Origin: Chloroflexota bacterium
GTDB taxonomy: Bacteria > Chloroflexota > UBA11872 > VXOZ01
Direction of reading: 5' to 3'
Assembly (NCBI GenBank): GCA_963662335.2
Contig: CAXXVD010000001.1
Location: 1 to 64,000, forward strand
DNA length: 64,000 nucleotides
Position numbers and translations under genes: made by a program. Below, piece by piece: positions 10,695-19,352 of this stretch; position 1 is the first letter of the stretch; each line of letters begins with the position of its first letter. The notes beneath the pieces were generated by a model, which made no database searches, was not told the origin of the DNA, and was given only the letters and a program-made list of their open reading frames with translations.

Positions 10695-10714
10695 GGCGGA
10701 AGGAGGCACGGAAA

Positions 10715-11308
10715 GTGGCAATGCTGGACACGCACAGGACGTTTGAGAGCCTCGTGGCCGCCGGTTTCAGCAAGGAGATGGCAGAATCCTTGTTGGATGC
10801 GCTCCGAGAGTCGGGAGACACACTAGCCACGAAGGCCGACTTACGTGAGTTGGCGCAAATGAACAAGGCCGACCTGAACGAATTGGCGCAGACTAACAAA
10901 GCTGACCTAGAAGAATTGGCCCAGGCTAACCAGACGGCCTTGCAGGAGTTGTCGTATCAGACCAGAAACGACTTGAACGCATTGCAGCAATCGATACAGT
11001 CTTTGCAGCAGGCGGTAGATGAACGAGCGACTAAAGCCGACCTGAACTCCCTGCGGCAAACCGTGCAGTCTTTGCAGCAGGCAGTGGAAGAGCGCGCCAC
11101 CAAAGCCGACCTGAACTCCCTGCGGCAAACCGTGCAGTCTTTGCAGCAGGCAGTGGAAGAGCGCGCCACCAAAGCCGACCTTGCTGCCGTCGCGCAAGCA
11201 AACAAGGCTGAACTGCGCCAGTTAGAATTGCGCATGACAGTCAAGGTAGGCGCCATGCTCGTTACCCTGGCGGGACTGCTCGTTGCGTTGCAACCCTTGC
11301 CGCTATAG
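10715..11308 (+). CDS. DUF1640/CCDC90-like membrane-anchored coiled-coil protein
   Basis: DTH..ESLVAAGFS..AE head, LATKADL neck, coiled-coil repeats, C-terminal hydrophobic anchor; AAGGAGG RBS. Confidence 0.8.
   Translation: MAMLDTHRTFESLVAAGFSKEMAESLLDALRESGDTLATKADLRELAQMNKADLNELAQTNKADLEELAQANQTALQELSYQTRNDLNALQQSIQSLQQAVDERATKADLNSLRQTVQSLQQAVEERATKADLNSLRQTVQSLQQAVEERATKADLAAVAQANKAELRQLELRMTVKVGAMLVTLAGLLVALQPLPL
11033..11181 (+). repeat. Intragenic 69-bp tandem repeat (ATKADLNSLRQTVQSLQQAVEER)
   Basis: AAAGCCGACC recurs at 11033, 11102 and 11171; two identical units plus a diverged upstream unit. Confidence 0.9.
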
Positions 11309-11394
11309 GGGATAAACGGTACCGACCTGGTAGGTGAGGCGAAACGGCCTTGCCTTCCGCTAAGGGCCCATTCCGAGCAAAGCGAGGAATCTAC

Positions 11395-12576
11395 ATGCCT
11401 GAGACTGCCGATGTTGTCGTAATTGGCGGCGGGAGCACCGGCGCCAGCCTTGCCTGGCGCCTGGCAAGCATGGGCGCGGGACGGGTGGTGTTGCTTGAGC
11501 GGCGCGGTCTCGCGGCGCAGGCCACGGGCATCACCGCCGGCATCGTGCGCACGCACTACACCCACGAGACGCTGGCGCGCATGGCGCTGCGGGCGCGGCG
11601 CTTCTTTGAGAACTTTGCAGACGAGGTCGGCGGCGGCGACGCCGGCTACGTTCAGGCCGGTTTCCTGGCGCTGCTGGGTCCCGATGATGTCGAGACGGTG
11701 GCGGCCAACGTGGCCATGCACAGGGACCTCGGCATCAACGCCTTCATCCTCTCACCCGATGAAATTCAGGAAGTAGAGCCGCGTCTGGCCTTGTTCGGCA
11801 TTGGCGCGGCGGCCTGGGAACCGGAATCCGGCTACGCCGACCCGGTGCGCACCACCCTCAGTTTCGCGGACGCCGCCCGGCGGCACGGGGCGGAACTGCG
11901 CGTCGGCGTGGGCGCGGAAGAACTGGTTGTAGATGCCGGCGGAATCGTTGGAGTCGAGACGAATACGGGCCGCATCGCCACCCGCGCCGTTGTTGTCGCT
12001 ACCGGATATTCGTCAAGAGACCTGGTAGCGCCGCTGGGCATCGACCTGCCCCTCACGCCCATTCGCCACGCCGTTGCCTTCATGCAGCGCGCCGACCACT
12101 TTGGCAAGCCGCATCCCATCATCTCCGACCGCGTCCAGGGCAGCTACTACCGCCCCCGCGCGGACGGCCAGACCATGGTCGGCAAGACCGCGCCCCACGA
12201 CGGCGATGAAGACCCGGACGCCGACGCCAATCCCGCCCCGCAGCCGGACATCCTGCACACCCTTGCCGCCCGCTATCACCGCCGTTTCCCCAACCAGGGC
12301 GCGCCCGCCGTGAATAGCGCCACCTCCGGCCTCTACGACTGCGCGCCGGACCTTCAGCCGCTGCTCGGCCCCGTGCCCGACGTGGCGGGACTCCATCTGG
12401 CGGTGGGGTTGAGCGGCCACGGCTTCAAGCTCAGTCCCATCTTCAGCCGGATGCTGGCGGAGCAGATGCTCACGGGCCGCAGCACACAGTTTGACATTAC
12501 CCTGTTCAGTCCGGCACGCTTTATCCAGGAACGGCGCATCGTGCCGCAGCACGCGTATTCGGTATCGACACTCTAG
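11395..12576 (+). CDS. FAD-dependent oxidoreductase (DAO / sarcosine oxidase beta-like)
   Basis: DVVVIGGGSTGAS, WEPESGYADP, YDCAPDLQPLLG, GLSGHGFKLSP. Confidence 0.9.
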   Translation: MPETADVVVIGGGSTGASLAWRLASMGAGRVVLLERRGLAAQATGITAGIVRTHYTHETLARMALRARRFFENFADEVGGGDAGYVQAGFLALLGPDDVETVAANVAMHRDLGINAFILSPDEIQEVEPRLALFGIGAAAWEPESGYADPVRTTLSFADAARRHGAELRVGVGAEELVVDAGGIVGVETNTGRIATRAVVVATGYSSRDLVAPLGIDLPLTPIRHAVAFMQRADHFGKPHPIISDRVQGSYYRPRADGQTMVGKTAPHDGDEDPDADANPAPQPDILHTLAARYHRRFPNQGAPAVNSATSGLYDCAPDLQPLLGPVPDVAGLHLAVGLSGHGFKLSPIFSRMLAEQMLTGRSTQFDITLFSPARFIQERRIVPQHAYSVSTL

Positions 12577-12761
12577 GCGCGCGGGAAGGGCGCATACCCA
12601 CCACTCGCATACAATCAGTCTGTTTCAGCAAGCGGGCAGCGGACCGAGAAAGGAGGCCGTTCCAGCGGCAGCCGCCCGTGCGAGACCGCAGGTGATGCAA
12701 TCTGAGTGTGTCGCGCGGCATGTCCGGCACACCTTCAGGAGACCACAGGAGGTCACAAGCA

Positions 12762-14138
12762 ATGGCAACAGGCGATTTGTCTACTACCCGACGCCGGTTC
12801 CTGGCCGGTGTCGCCGGCCTTTCCGGCGCTGCTTTTGCCGCGGCGTGCGGCGCGGTGCCGGTCGCGGAGACCGGCGAAATGGCGGAGGAGAAGGAAGAAC
12901 CGGCGAAGGAAGCCGAAGCGCCCCAGGCGGAAGTCGTCGAGGTCGTGTGGGCCTGCTACGACCTGCAGGAGCACCGCAACAAGACCCTGCGCGAGATGGC
13001 GGAAGTCTGCAATAACGCCCTGGACAACCGGGTCACCAGACTCGAAATCGTCACCGAGAACTTCCTGGAGAAGATCCGCACCGAGTTTGTTGCCGGCACC
13101 ACCACCTACGACATCGTCGTGAACCAGATCAACTGGGTGCAGGCCGGCGCGCGCCAGGGCATGTTCCTGCCCATCAGCGACTACATGAAGCGCGACAACG
13201 TCTCACGCGACGACTACCTTGACTCCTCTTCGTGGGACGTCAACGGCATCATGTACGGCCTGGCCTTCCTCGGCGGCGGCGACGCCATCTACTACAACAA
13301 GGAAATCTTCGACAACGAGGGCGTCCCGTACCCCGAGATGGGCACGACCTTGGAGCAATTGCTCGACGGCGCGGCCCAGATGACGAAGCGCACCGGCGAC
13401 GAGACCACCCAGTGGGGCTATAACTTTGGCTATGCCTCCCTGGAGGTCAACCTCGGCAGCTTCGTGCTGGACCACGGCGGCCAGGTGCTCAACGAGGCCC
13501 GCGACCAGGCGCTCTACGGTGAGGACCAGAACGCCATCGCCGGCGCCCAGATGTACGTGGACATGATCCTCAAGCACCGGGTGGTGCCCTGGGGCGAAGA
13601 GAGATCGGAACTCCGCAAGGAAGGCGGCGGCGGCCGCCACATCGGCACCGGCAAGTTTGCCATGTCGCAGATTACGCTGATCCCGCTCAAGGGCGCGTAT
13701 GAGGTGCTTGGCGACCGCCTGGGCATCGCGCCGCTGGGCACCGGGCCGGCGGGCACACGCAGCCCGGCCACCGGCAGCAACGCCTGGAGCATCATGTCGC
13801 TCACCGAGGTGCCCGACGCGGCCTGGGACGTGTTCTACGTCCTTTGCCAGAAGGAAGCGCAGGACCTCTACGCCGTGCACGCCATGCCCGGTCTCTTCGA
13901 CTCGGCAGACGTGTTCCTGGGCAACTACCCGGGCATGGACTGGCCTACCGTCCTGGATCACTGGCGGAATGACGGTCGCGACTTCTTCCTGACGCCGGAG
14001 ACCGGCGAATTCTGGACGACCGCGAACCAGCATCTCCAGCCGATGTACACGGGCGAAAGCACCGTCCAAGAGGCGATGAAGACGTCCGCCGACGCGGTGA
14101 ACGAACTCTTCGCGCAGCGGCCGGACGACTGGAAGTAG
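12762..14138 (+). CDS. ABC transporter substrate-binding lipoprotein (family 1, Tat signal)
   Basis: TTRRRFL twin-arginine signal, AAAC lipobox, IYYNKEIFD..GVPYP; AGGAGG RBS; no adjacent permease. Confidence 0.9.
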   Translation: MATGDLSTTRRRFLAGVAGLSGAAFAAACGAVPVAETGEMAEEKEEPAKEAEAPQAEVVEVVWACYDLQEHRNKTLREMAEVCNNALDNRVTRLEIVTENFLEKIRTEFVAGTTTYDIVVNQINWVQAGARQGMFLPISDYMKRDNVSRDDYLDSSSWDVNGIMYGLAFLGGGDAIYYNKEIFDNEGVPYPEMGTTLEQLLDGAAQMTKRTGDETTQWGYNFGYASLEVNLGSFVLDHGGQVLNEARDQALYGEDQNAIAGAQMYVDMILKHRVVPWGEERSELRKEGGGGRHIGTGKFAMSQITLIPLKGAYEVLGDRLGIAPLGTGPAGTRSPATGSNAWSIMSLTEVPDAAWDVFYVLCQKEAQDLYAVHAMPGLFDSADVFLGNYPGMDWPTVLDHWRNDGRDFFLTPETGEFWTTANQHLQPMYTGESTVQEAMKTSADAVNELFAQRPDDWK

Positions 14139-14144
14139 TCTGCC

Positions 14145-14186
14145 GTGTAGTGGGGCGCGCCGCGGCGCGCCCCACTACACTCTCTT
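14145..14186 (+). terminator. 16-bp-stem hairpin (GTAG-type palindrome) after the solute-binding protein gene; probable terminator or mRNA stabiliser
   Basis: GTGTAGTGGGGCGCGC-CGCG-GCGCGCCCCACTACAC followed by TCTCTT. Confidence 0.6.
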
Positions 14187-14319
14187 GGCCGTCTCCCGAC
14201 ACGTGCCACGCACACGCACGCCGTTCTGAGACTCTTCGCCCTGACTCGTGCTACGCAAGAGCGTGTCTCTCTGGGAAATCTTGCCCTGAAGTACATCGTC
14301 AACATGTCGTCCTAAAGCA

Positions 14320-14346
14320 TGTCATTCCGAGCGCAGCGAGGAATCT
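14320..14346 (+). repeat. TGTCATTCCGAGCGCAGCGAGGAATCT palindromic repeat
   Basis: Same family at ~11369, 24804, 31267-31360, 33661-33737, 55517-55592. Confidence 0.8.
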
Positions 14347-14375
14347 ACCGCACCCCGTCCCATCGAGGCACACCC

Positions 14376-15341
14376 ATGACACTCCGCGACCTCTACGAAA
14401 CCGCCATCGAACTGGGCATCGCCCTTGATCCGCGCAGCCGCGAGACACTGGACGCCGAACTCACACGCCGGCAGCAAGAATTCGACGCTTTGCCGGACTG
14501 GAAGAAGCCCTACTTCGACCACGAACGGCTGCGCAATCCCTACGGCGACGTGCGCATCGTCAACGGCCCGGAAGACGCCGAAGTGCGCACGGCCCTGGCG
14601 GGCATCAATATCGGCACGGACGAATTCCTCATCGCCGACCGCCTCAAAGAGAAGGGCGTGCCGCTGGACGCCATCATCGCCCATCACACCAGCGGCACCG
14701 GCATCGGCCGCTCGCACATCGACGACATTACACTCATCAACATCGACATCTTCGAGCGCGAGGGCGTGCCGCGCAAGGATGCGGAGCGCGTCCTCTTGCC
14801 GTGGATCGACGAGTGGCGCAGCGGCTACGATGACATGCCCCACCGTATGGGCCCGGACATGGCGCGGCTCTTCGAATTTCCCTTCATTCAAATCCACACG
14901 CCGCAGGACTTCTATATTGGCGTGGGCATCAAGCAGGTATTCGAGGAACTGCAGCCGCGCACGCTGGCCGACGCCGAAGCGGCCCTGATGACAATTCCCG
15001 AATTCCAGGGCGCGGCGCGCCACGGCGCATATTCGCTGGCGCTGGCGGGCAAACCGGACGCTCCGCTGGGGCGCTTCCTGGTTCAAGACGCCGGCGGGTG
15101 GCTGTGGCCGGCGGACGGAATGCCGCTCTTGGCCAAAGCCGGTGTGAATACCGTGCTGCAGATTGGCGCCTCCGCGGCCGGCGCGAAAGCCGCGTCCGCG
15201 GCCGGTATGTCACTGGTGCGCCTGCCTCACGCGGCGGCGGACAACCTGGGCATCAATCTCTTCTACGACGAAGTCGAGCGCCGCCACGGGCCGCTCGACA
15301 TCATTGCCTGCAACTATTTCGAGCGCATCAAGCGCTCGTAG
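14376..15341 (+). CDS. NIF3/NGG1-interacting-factor-like putative metalloprotein
   Basis: GIALDPR, NPYGDVRI, ADRLKEKG..IIAHH, IHTPQD, H...DNLGINL resemble the NIF3-like family. Confidence 0.7.
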   Translation: MTLRDLYETAIELGIALDPRSRETLDAELTRRQQEFDALPDWKKPYFDHERLRNPYGDVRIVNGPEDAEVRTALAGINIGTDEFLIADRLKEKGVPLDAIIAHHTSGTGIGRSHIDDITLINIDIFEREGVPRKDAERVLLPWIDEWRSGYDDMPHRMGPDMARLFEFPFIQIHTPQDFYIGVGIKQVFEELQPRTLADAEAALMTIPEFQGAARHGAYSLALAGKPDAPLGRFLVQDAGGWLWPADGMPLLAKAGVNTVLQIGASAAGAKAASAAGMSLVRLPHAAADNLGINLFYDEVERRHGPLDIIACNYFERIKRS

Positions 15342-15389
15342 CGCCTGATTCTCGCGCACACAGCCGTCTGTAGCAAAGGAGAAGAAGCC

Positions 15390-16427
15390 GTGCAACGCAT
15401 CGAACTCTCCGGCACACCCTACGAGATGGGCGTGCAGCACGGCGCCGCGTGCGCCGCGGCCGTCAATACCGCTATCGAGCGGGTCGTCCATGGCAGTCAA
15501 ATCGACGCCGCCCACCGCGCGCGCGTCGTCCGCCAAATGGAGCGCACCATCGGCCGGGTCTTCCCCGAAGCGCTGGAGGAGATGCAGGGCATCGCCGACG
15601 GCGCGGGCCTCACGCGCGACGACGTGCTGGCCTACGCCTCGTGCATGGAAGTGGGCCGCGCCGCGCCCGGCTGCACCAACGTTGCGTTGCGCACCGACGA
15701 ACACGGCGTGGTGCACTACAAGTCGAACGACGTCGGCAAAGAGTCTCTCGGTTCGTACTTCTTCTGGGACATCCGGCCTGACAAAGGCCATCCGTTCATC
15801 TGCGTCTCCGGTCCCGGCGCGCCCTGGATGGGGCCGGGCGTGAACGACACCGGCCTCACGTTCGGCGGCAGCAGCATCATGAATACCGACCAGGACTGGG
15901 AGCGCGGCATTCCCACGAACTTGCTGCAACGCTATCTCTTGCAGTACTGCGCCGACGTGGACGAGGGCATCGCGCTCTGCGAGCGCACGCCCATCATGAA
16001 TCACGGCATGAACATCATGCTCACCGATCCGGCTGGGAACGCGGTGGTGGTGGAACGCTCCGCCACCCGCATGGCGGTGCGCCGCATGGAGAGTGGCGCG
16101 ATCTGGTGCGCCAACCACTACGTGACGCCGGCAATGCAAGCGGTTGACAGCCTGGCAAACCCCGACTTTCGCGCCAACAGCGAGGGCCGCGCGGCGCTGC
16201 TGGCGCACTTGACCACCGCAAAGCCCCATACCCTGGGACAGATAAAAGAAATCGCGCGCGCTCATGCCGAGCCGGTCTCCATGTGCCAGCACGGGCCGAT
16301 GCACAGCGTCTTTGGCCTGATTGCGATTTCCCGCGACCGCACGTTGCTCGCCAGCGACGGCTACCCGTGCCAGAATGAGCTGGAGACGTTCACGTTCGAG
16401 GCCCAAGCGAGCGCAGTTGGAAACTGA
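15390..16427 (+). CDS. Peptidase C45 family Ntn-hydrolase / acyltransferase
   Basis: SGTPYEMGVQHG, EEMQGIADGAG, G-CT autoprocessing site, GVND.GL, CANHY. Confidence 0.88.
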   Translation: MQRIELSGTPYEMGVQHGAACAAAVNTAIERVVHGSQIDAAHRARVVRQMERTIGRVFPEALEEMQGIADGAGLTRDDVLAYASCMEVGRAAPGCTNVALRTDEHGVVHYKSNDVGKESLGSYFFWDIRPDKGHPFICVSGPGAPWMGPGVNDTGLTFGGSSIMNTDQDWERGIPTNLLQRYLLQYCADVDEGIALCERTPIMNHGMNIMLTDPAGNAVVVERSATRMAVRRMESGAIWCANHYVTPAMQAVDSLANPDFRANSEGRAALLAHLTTAKPHTLGQIKEIARAHAEPVSMCQHGPMHSVFGLIAISRDRTLLASDGYPCQNELETFTFEAQASAVGN

Positions 16428-16436
16428 GGAAAGACC

Positions 16437-18272
16437 ATGAACCAGCCGATCTTGCTCCTGTACGCCGATGACGCGCTCACCACACCCCTCAGCGCCGAAA
16501 TCCTGCGCTGCGAGGGTTACCCTTGGCTGGAGGCGAAACCGGCGGAGTCTTTCGTCGATGCGCCGCCGGACGTTGCGTTTATCGTCGTCGCCGGCAGCGG
16601 CATGAGCCGCGAGACGGCTGAGCGCTTAGCTGCGGCCGTAACGGGCGGCACGTCCCTGATTGCCCTGGCGCCCGATCCCGCGCTGCTGCGCGCTTTTGGC
16701 GTGACCGCCGGCGCGCCGGTTGCGGACGCCTGGCTCACGGTGCGGCAATTGCCCCGCTGGGAACACGGCAGCCTGCCGTTGCTCTGCCCGGACGACATTT
16801 CCCAGCCCCTAAGCGGCGGCGAGACCGTTGCGGAGCTACGGGATGCGGAAGGCGCTCTCTGCGGCGCGGGCATCGTCGAAGCGCGTATCGGAGAAGGCAA
16901 AGCCTGGCTCTACGGCTACGACCTCTGCCAGGCCGTCGTCAATTTCCGGCACGGCGACGGCGACCTGCACGAGCGGCCCTTGCGCGACATGGGACCGCTG
17001 AAAGGCCCGCGCCACCTCTACAGCTTCTTCGAATTATCCGAGAAGACCACCCGTGACGTGCCGGTGGCTGACGTGCATCAAGACATCCTGCGCACGCTGG
17101 TGGCGGAGGCGCTGTCCGCCACGCCCTTGCCGCGCCTCTGGTATTTTCCCGACGCCGCGCCGGCCCTCTGGTTCATCAAGGGTGACGGTTGCGGTGAAAA
17201 CGGCGCGCCCGTGCTGGTTGACATCGTGGAGTCGTACGGCGCGTTGCTCACCTTCTACCGCGCGCCGTTCAGCCGCTACCACGGCGACCTGATGAAGGAG
17301 TGGCACGCGCGGGGTCACGCCGTCTCCATTGAGGTTGACCTGACCAGCATCACGCAGTACGCCGTACAGGAGAACGGCCAGCAAGTGCGCTTCGGCCGCA
17401 CGCCGGAAGACCTGAACGAAAACTACCTGGACGACCTGCGCGCAAACCTGCAAGAGTCATGGGACGTTTTCCGCCGGGAAACCGGCCTGGACGTGGAGAC
17501 CATTTGCAGCCACGGCTGCCAGTGGACCGGGCATCCCCTGCTAGAAATCATGCTGGAATTCGGCTGGTACACGCCCACGCACTTCGCCTCCCACGATCCC
17601 CGGATGCGGCGGGACGAGAACTACGGCCCGTACATGATTGGCACCGGCCTCTGCATGCCCTATTTCCAACACGGCGTGGGCCTGACGGAGATGTGGCACA
17701 TGCCGGCGCAATGGGACGAAAGCCAGACCATCGGCCGCCACGCCGACCTGCTGGCCGGGCCGATGGCAGAGACGCCGGACCGCGTAGAGGGCATGGTGGG
17801 CCTCACCTCAGAAGAGTACGGCGTGGAACTGGCGCGCTTTGCGGAAAGCGCGGCCACCCGCTGGCACGTGATGCAGATCGCGAACTTCCACCCGGTCTAC
17901 GCCGCCGGCCCCCAAGACCACGTGCGCGCCTCGCGCCACGCTCTCGAGCTAGGCATGGAAGGGGCAATCGCCGCCGGCTGCCGCTTCGAGAACCAGGAGA
18001 ACTACTCCAGCTTCTCCCGCGCACGGGCGGGCGTGCGCCTGACGGAATCCTATTCCCAGGACGACACCCACTTCATCACGTTGGAAGCCGGGGCGAACAT
18101 CGATGGCCTCTCGCTGCTCCTGCCGGAAAACGTCGCGTCGGTGCACGCGAAAGACTCCGGCGCGGCGCTGCCCATCCAGCAAGTGACGCTCGAAAGCCGC
18201 CGCCAACGCGTGGTGACTATCGACCTTGCCGCAGGTACGCCGCTGACCCTGTGTCTCACGCCGTCACCGTAG
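16437..18272 (+). CDS. Uncharacterised protein: possible class-I GATase-like N-domain plus CE4/deacetylase-like barrel
   Basis: 611-aa ORF with RBS; PLPRLWYFP, IKGDG, SHGCQW, ANFHP; fold assignment is inference. Confidence 0.6.
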   Translation: MNQPILLLYADDALTTPLSAEILRCEGYPWLEAKPAESFVDAPPDVAFIVVAGSGMSRETAERLAAAVTGGTSLIALAPDPALLRAFGVTAGAPVADAWLTVRQLPRWEHGSLPLLCPDDISQPLSGGETVAELRDAEGALCGAGIVEARIGEGKAWLYGYDLCQAVVNFRHGDGDLHERPLRDMGPLKGPRHLYSFFELSEKTTRDVPVADVHQDILRTLVAEALSATPLPRLWYFPDAAPALWFIKGDGCGENGAPVLVDIVESYGALLTFYRAPFSRYHGDLMKEWHARGHAVSIEVDLTSITQYAVQENGQQVRFGRTPEDLNENYLDDLRANLQESWDVFRRETGLDVETICSHGCQWTGHPLLEIMLEFGWYTPTHFASHDPRMRRDENYGPYMIGTGLCMPYFQHGVGLTEMWHMPAQWDESQTIGRHADLLAGPMAETPDRVEGMVGLTSEEYGVELARFAESAATRWHVMQIANFHPVYAAGPQDHVRASRHALELGMEGAIAAGCRFENQENYSSFSRARAGVRLTESYSQDDTHFITLEAGANIDGLSLLLPENVASVHAKDSGAALPIQQVTLESRRQRVVTIDLAAGTPLTLCLTPSP

Positions 18273-18371
18273 CGCGGGGGCTTGTCCCCCGCCTCTGGAC
18301 ACGCTGGCGGTGGCGGCGCCGCCGTCCCTGCGCTTCTTGCGAAACACGTAGCGCGGGGGCTTGTCCCCCGC
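18269..18371 (+). repeat. Two GTAG-family REPs (GTAGCGCGGGGGCTTGTCCCCCGC)
   Basis: Copies at 18269 and 18348 between convergent genes. Confidence 0.9.
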
Positions 18372-18411
18372 CTCTGGGCGCGAATGACAAACTACACCTT
18401 GGGCAAGGCGT

Positions 18412-19143
18412 CTATGCCGCCGGTTTGCGCAGCGCGTAGATGATAAAGTTCGGCACGCGCAATTCGTCGGCCAGGCCGGGGTTCGCGGCCAGTTGCGCGT
18501 CCGAGGGGGTAGGCTCCAGCAGCGCTTCCAGGACGAAACCCGCATCCAGAAAAGCCGCAATGTAGCTGGTGAGCATCCGGTGCATGTTGATGAAGGACTC
18601 GCCCCACCACTCGAACGCGCGGGGGCCTTCGTTGGTGTAATCGTCAACCGCGTAGAAGAGCTTGCGGTCGCCCTGCTTGACCCAGCCGTTGGGCAGCGCC
18701 GTGCGCATGGGATGCACGTTGCACACGACAAAGCGCCCGCCGGGCCGCAGCACGCGCCACGCGGCCCGAATCGACCGCCGGTAGTCGTGGATGTCTACCA
18801 AGACAATGTATGAAACCGCCAAGTCGAAGCTCTCGTCATCAAGGCCCGCCAGGTCTTCCGCGTTGCCGACCAGATAGGTCTCGCCGGCGCTTGCCAGCCT
18901 CCGCGCCCGCTCCACCAGCGCCGCGGTGAGGTCGATGCCGGTGACGTCCGCGCCCAGGCCGGCAAGGACCCGGCAAAACCGCCCCTCGCCGCAGCCGATG
19001 TCCAGCACCCGCCGCCCGGCCACGTCCCCCAGCGCCTCAAGCATCCAGGAGTCGAGCATGGCCGTGCGCACCGTCTGGTCTTGTCGCAGCCAGTCCTGGG
19101 CGTGTCTATCCCACTGCGTGCGCAGTTTTTGTTCTAAACTCAT
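18412..19143 (-). CDS. Class I SAM-dependent methyltransferase
   Basis: VLDIGCGEGR, SFDLAVS, VLRPGGRF. Confidence 0.92.
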   Translation of the reverse strand: MSLEQKLRTQWDRHAQDWLRQDQTVRTAMLDSWMLEALGDVAGRRVLDIGCGEGRFCRVLAGLGADVTGIDLTAALVERARRLASAGETYLVGNAEDLAGLDDESFDLAVSYIVLVDIHDYRRSIRAAWRVLRPGGRFVVCNVHPMRTALPNGWVKQGDRKLFYAVDDYTNEGPRAFEWWGESFINMHRMLTSYIAAFLDAGFVLEALLEPTPSDAQLAANPGLADELRVPNFIIYALRKPAA

Positions 19144-19189
19144 CGACCGCGAGGTCTCCCAAGCATGACGGGGTAGGGCGATTGAAGAT

Positions 19190-19264
19190 TGGCTCCGCGG
19201 CGAGGACTCGAACCTCGAACCAGACGGTTAACAGCCGCCTGCTCTACCATTGAGCTACCGCGGA
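19190..19264 (-). tRNA. tRNA-Asn(GTT)
   Basis: Reverse complement TCCGCGGTAGCTCAATGGTAGAGC..CTGTTAA..GGTTCGAGTCC..CCGCGGAGCCA forms a cloverleaf with encoded CCA. Confidence 0.97.
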
Positions 19265-19278
19265 AAGCTGACGATTCC

Positions 19279-19308
19279 AGTGTAACAATGCAGGCGGCGC
19301 GCGGTCAA
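19279..19308 (-). promoter_or_regulatory. Sigma70-type promoter for tRNA-Asn
   Basis: TTGACC-N18-TACACT with extended TG, ending 14 bp before the tRNA. Confidence 0.6.
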
Positions 19309-19352
19309 CGACGGTCGCTCCGCGCGCCGGCGCGCCGGGCCTCTAGCGCCAA

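Noticed and set aside
19143-19264. Genomic island integrated at tRNA-Asn
   Set aside because: No integrase and no duplicated tRNA 3' end seen in the window
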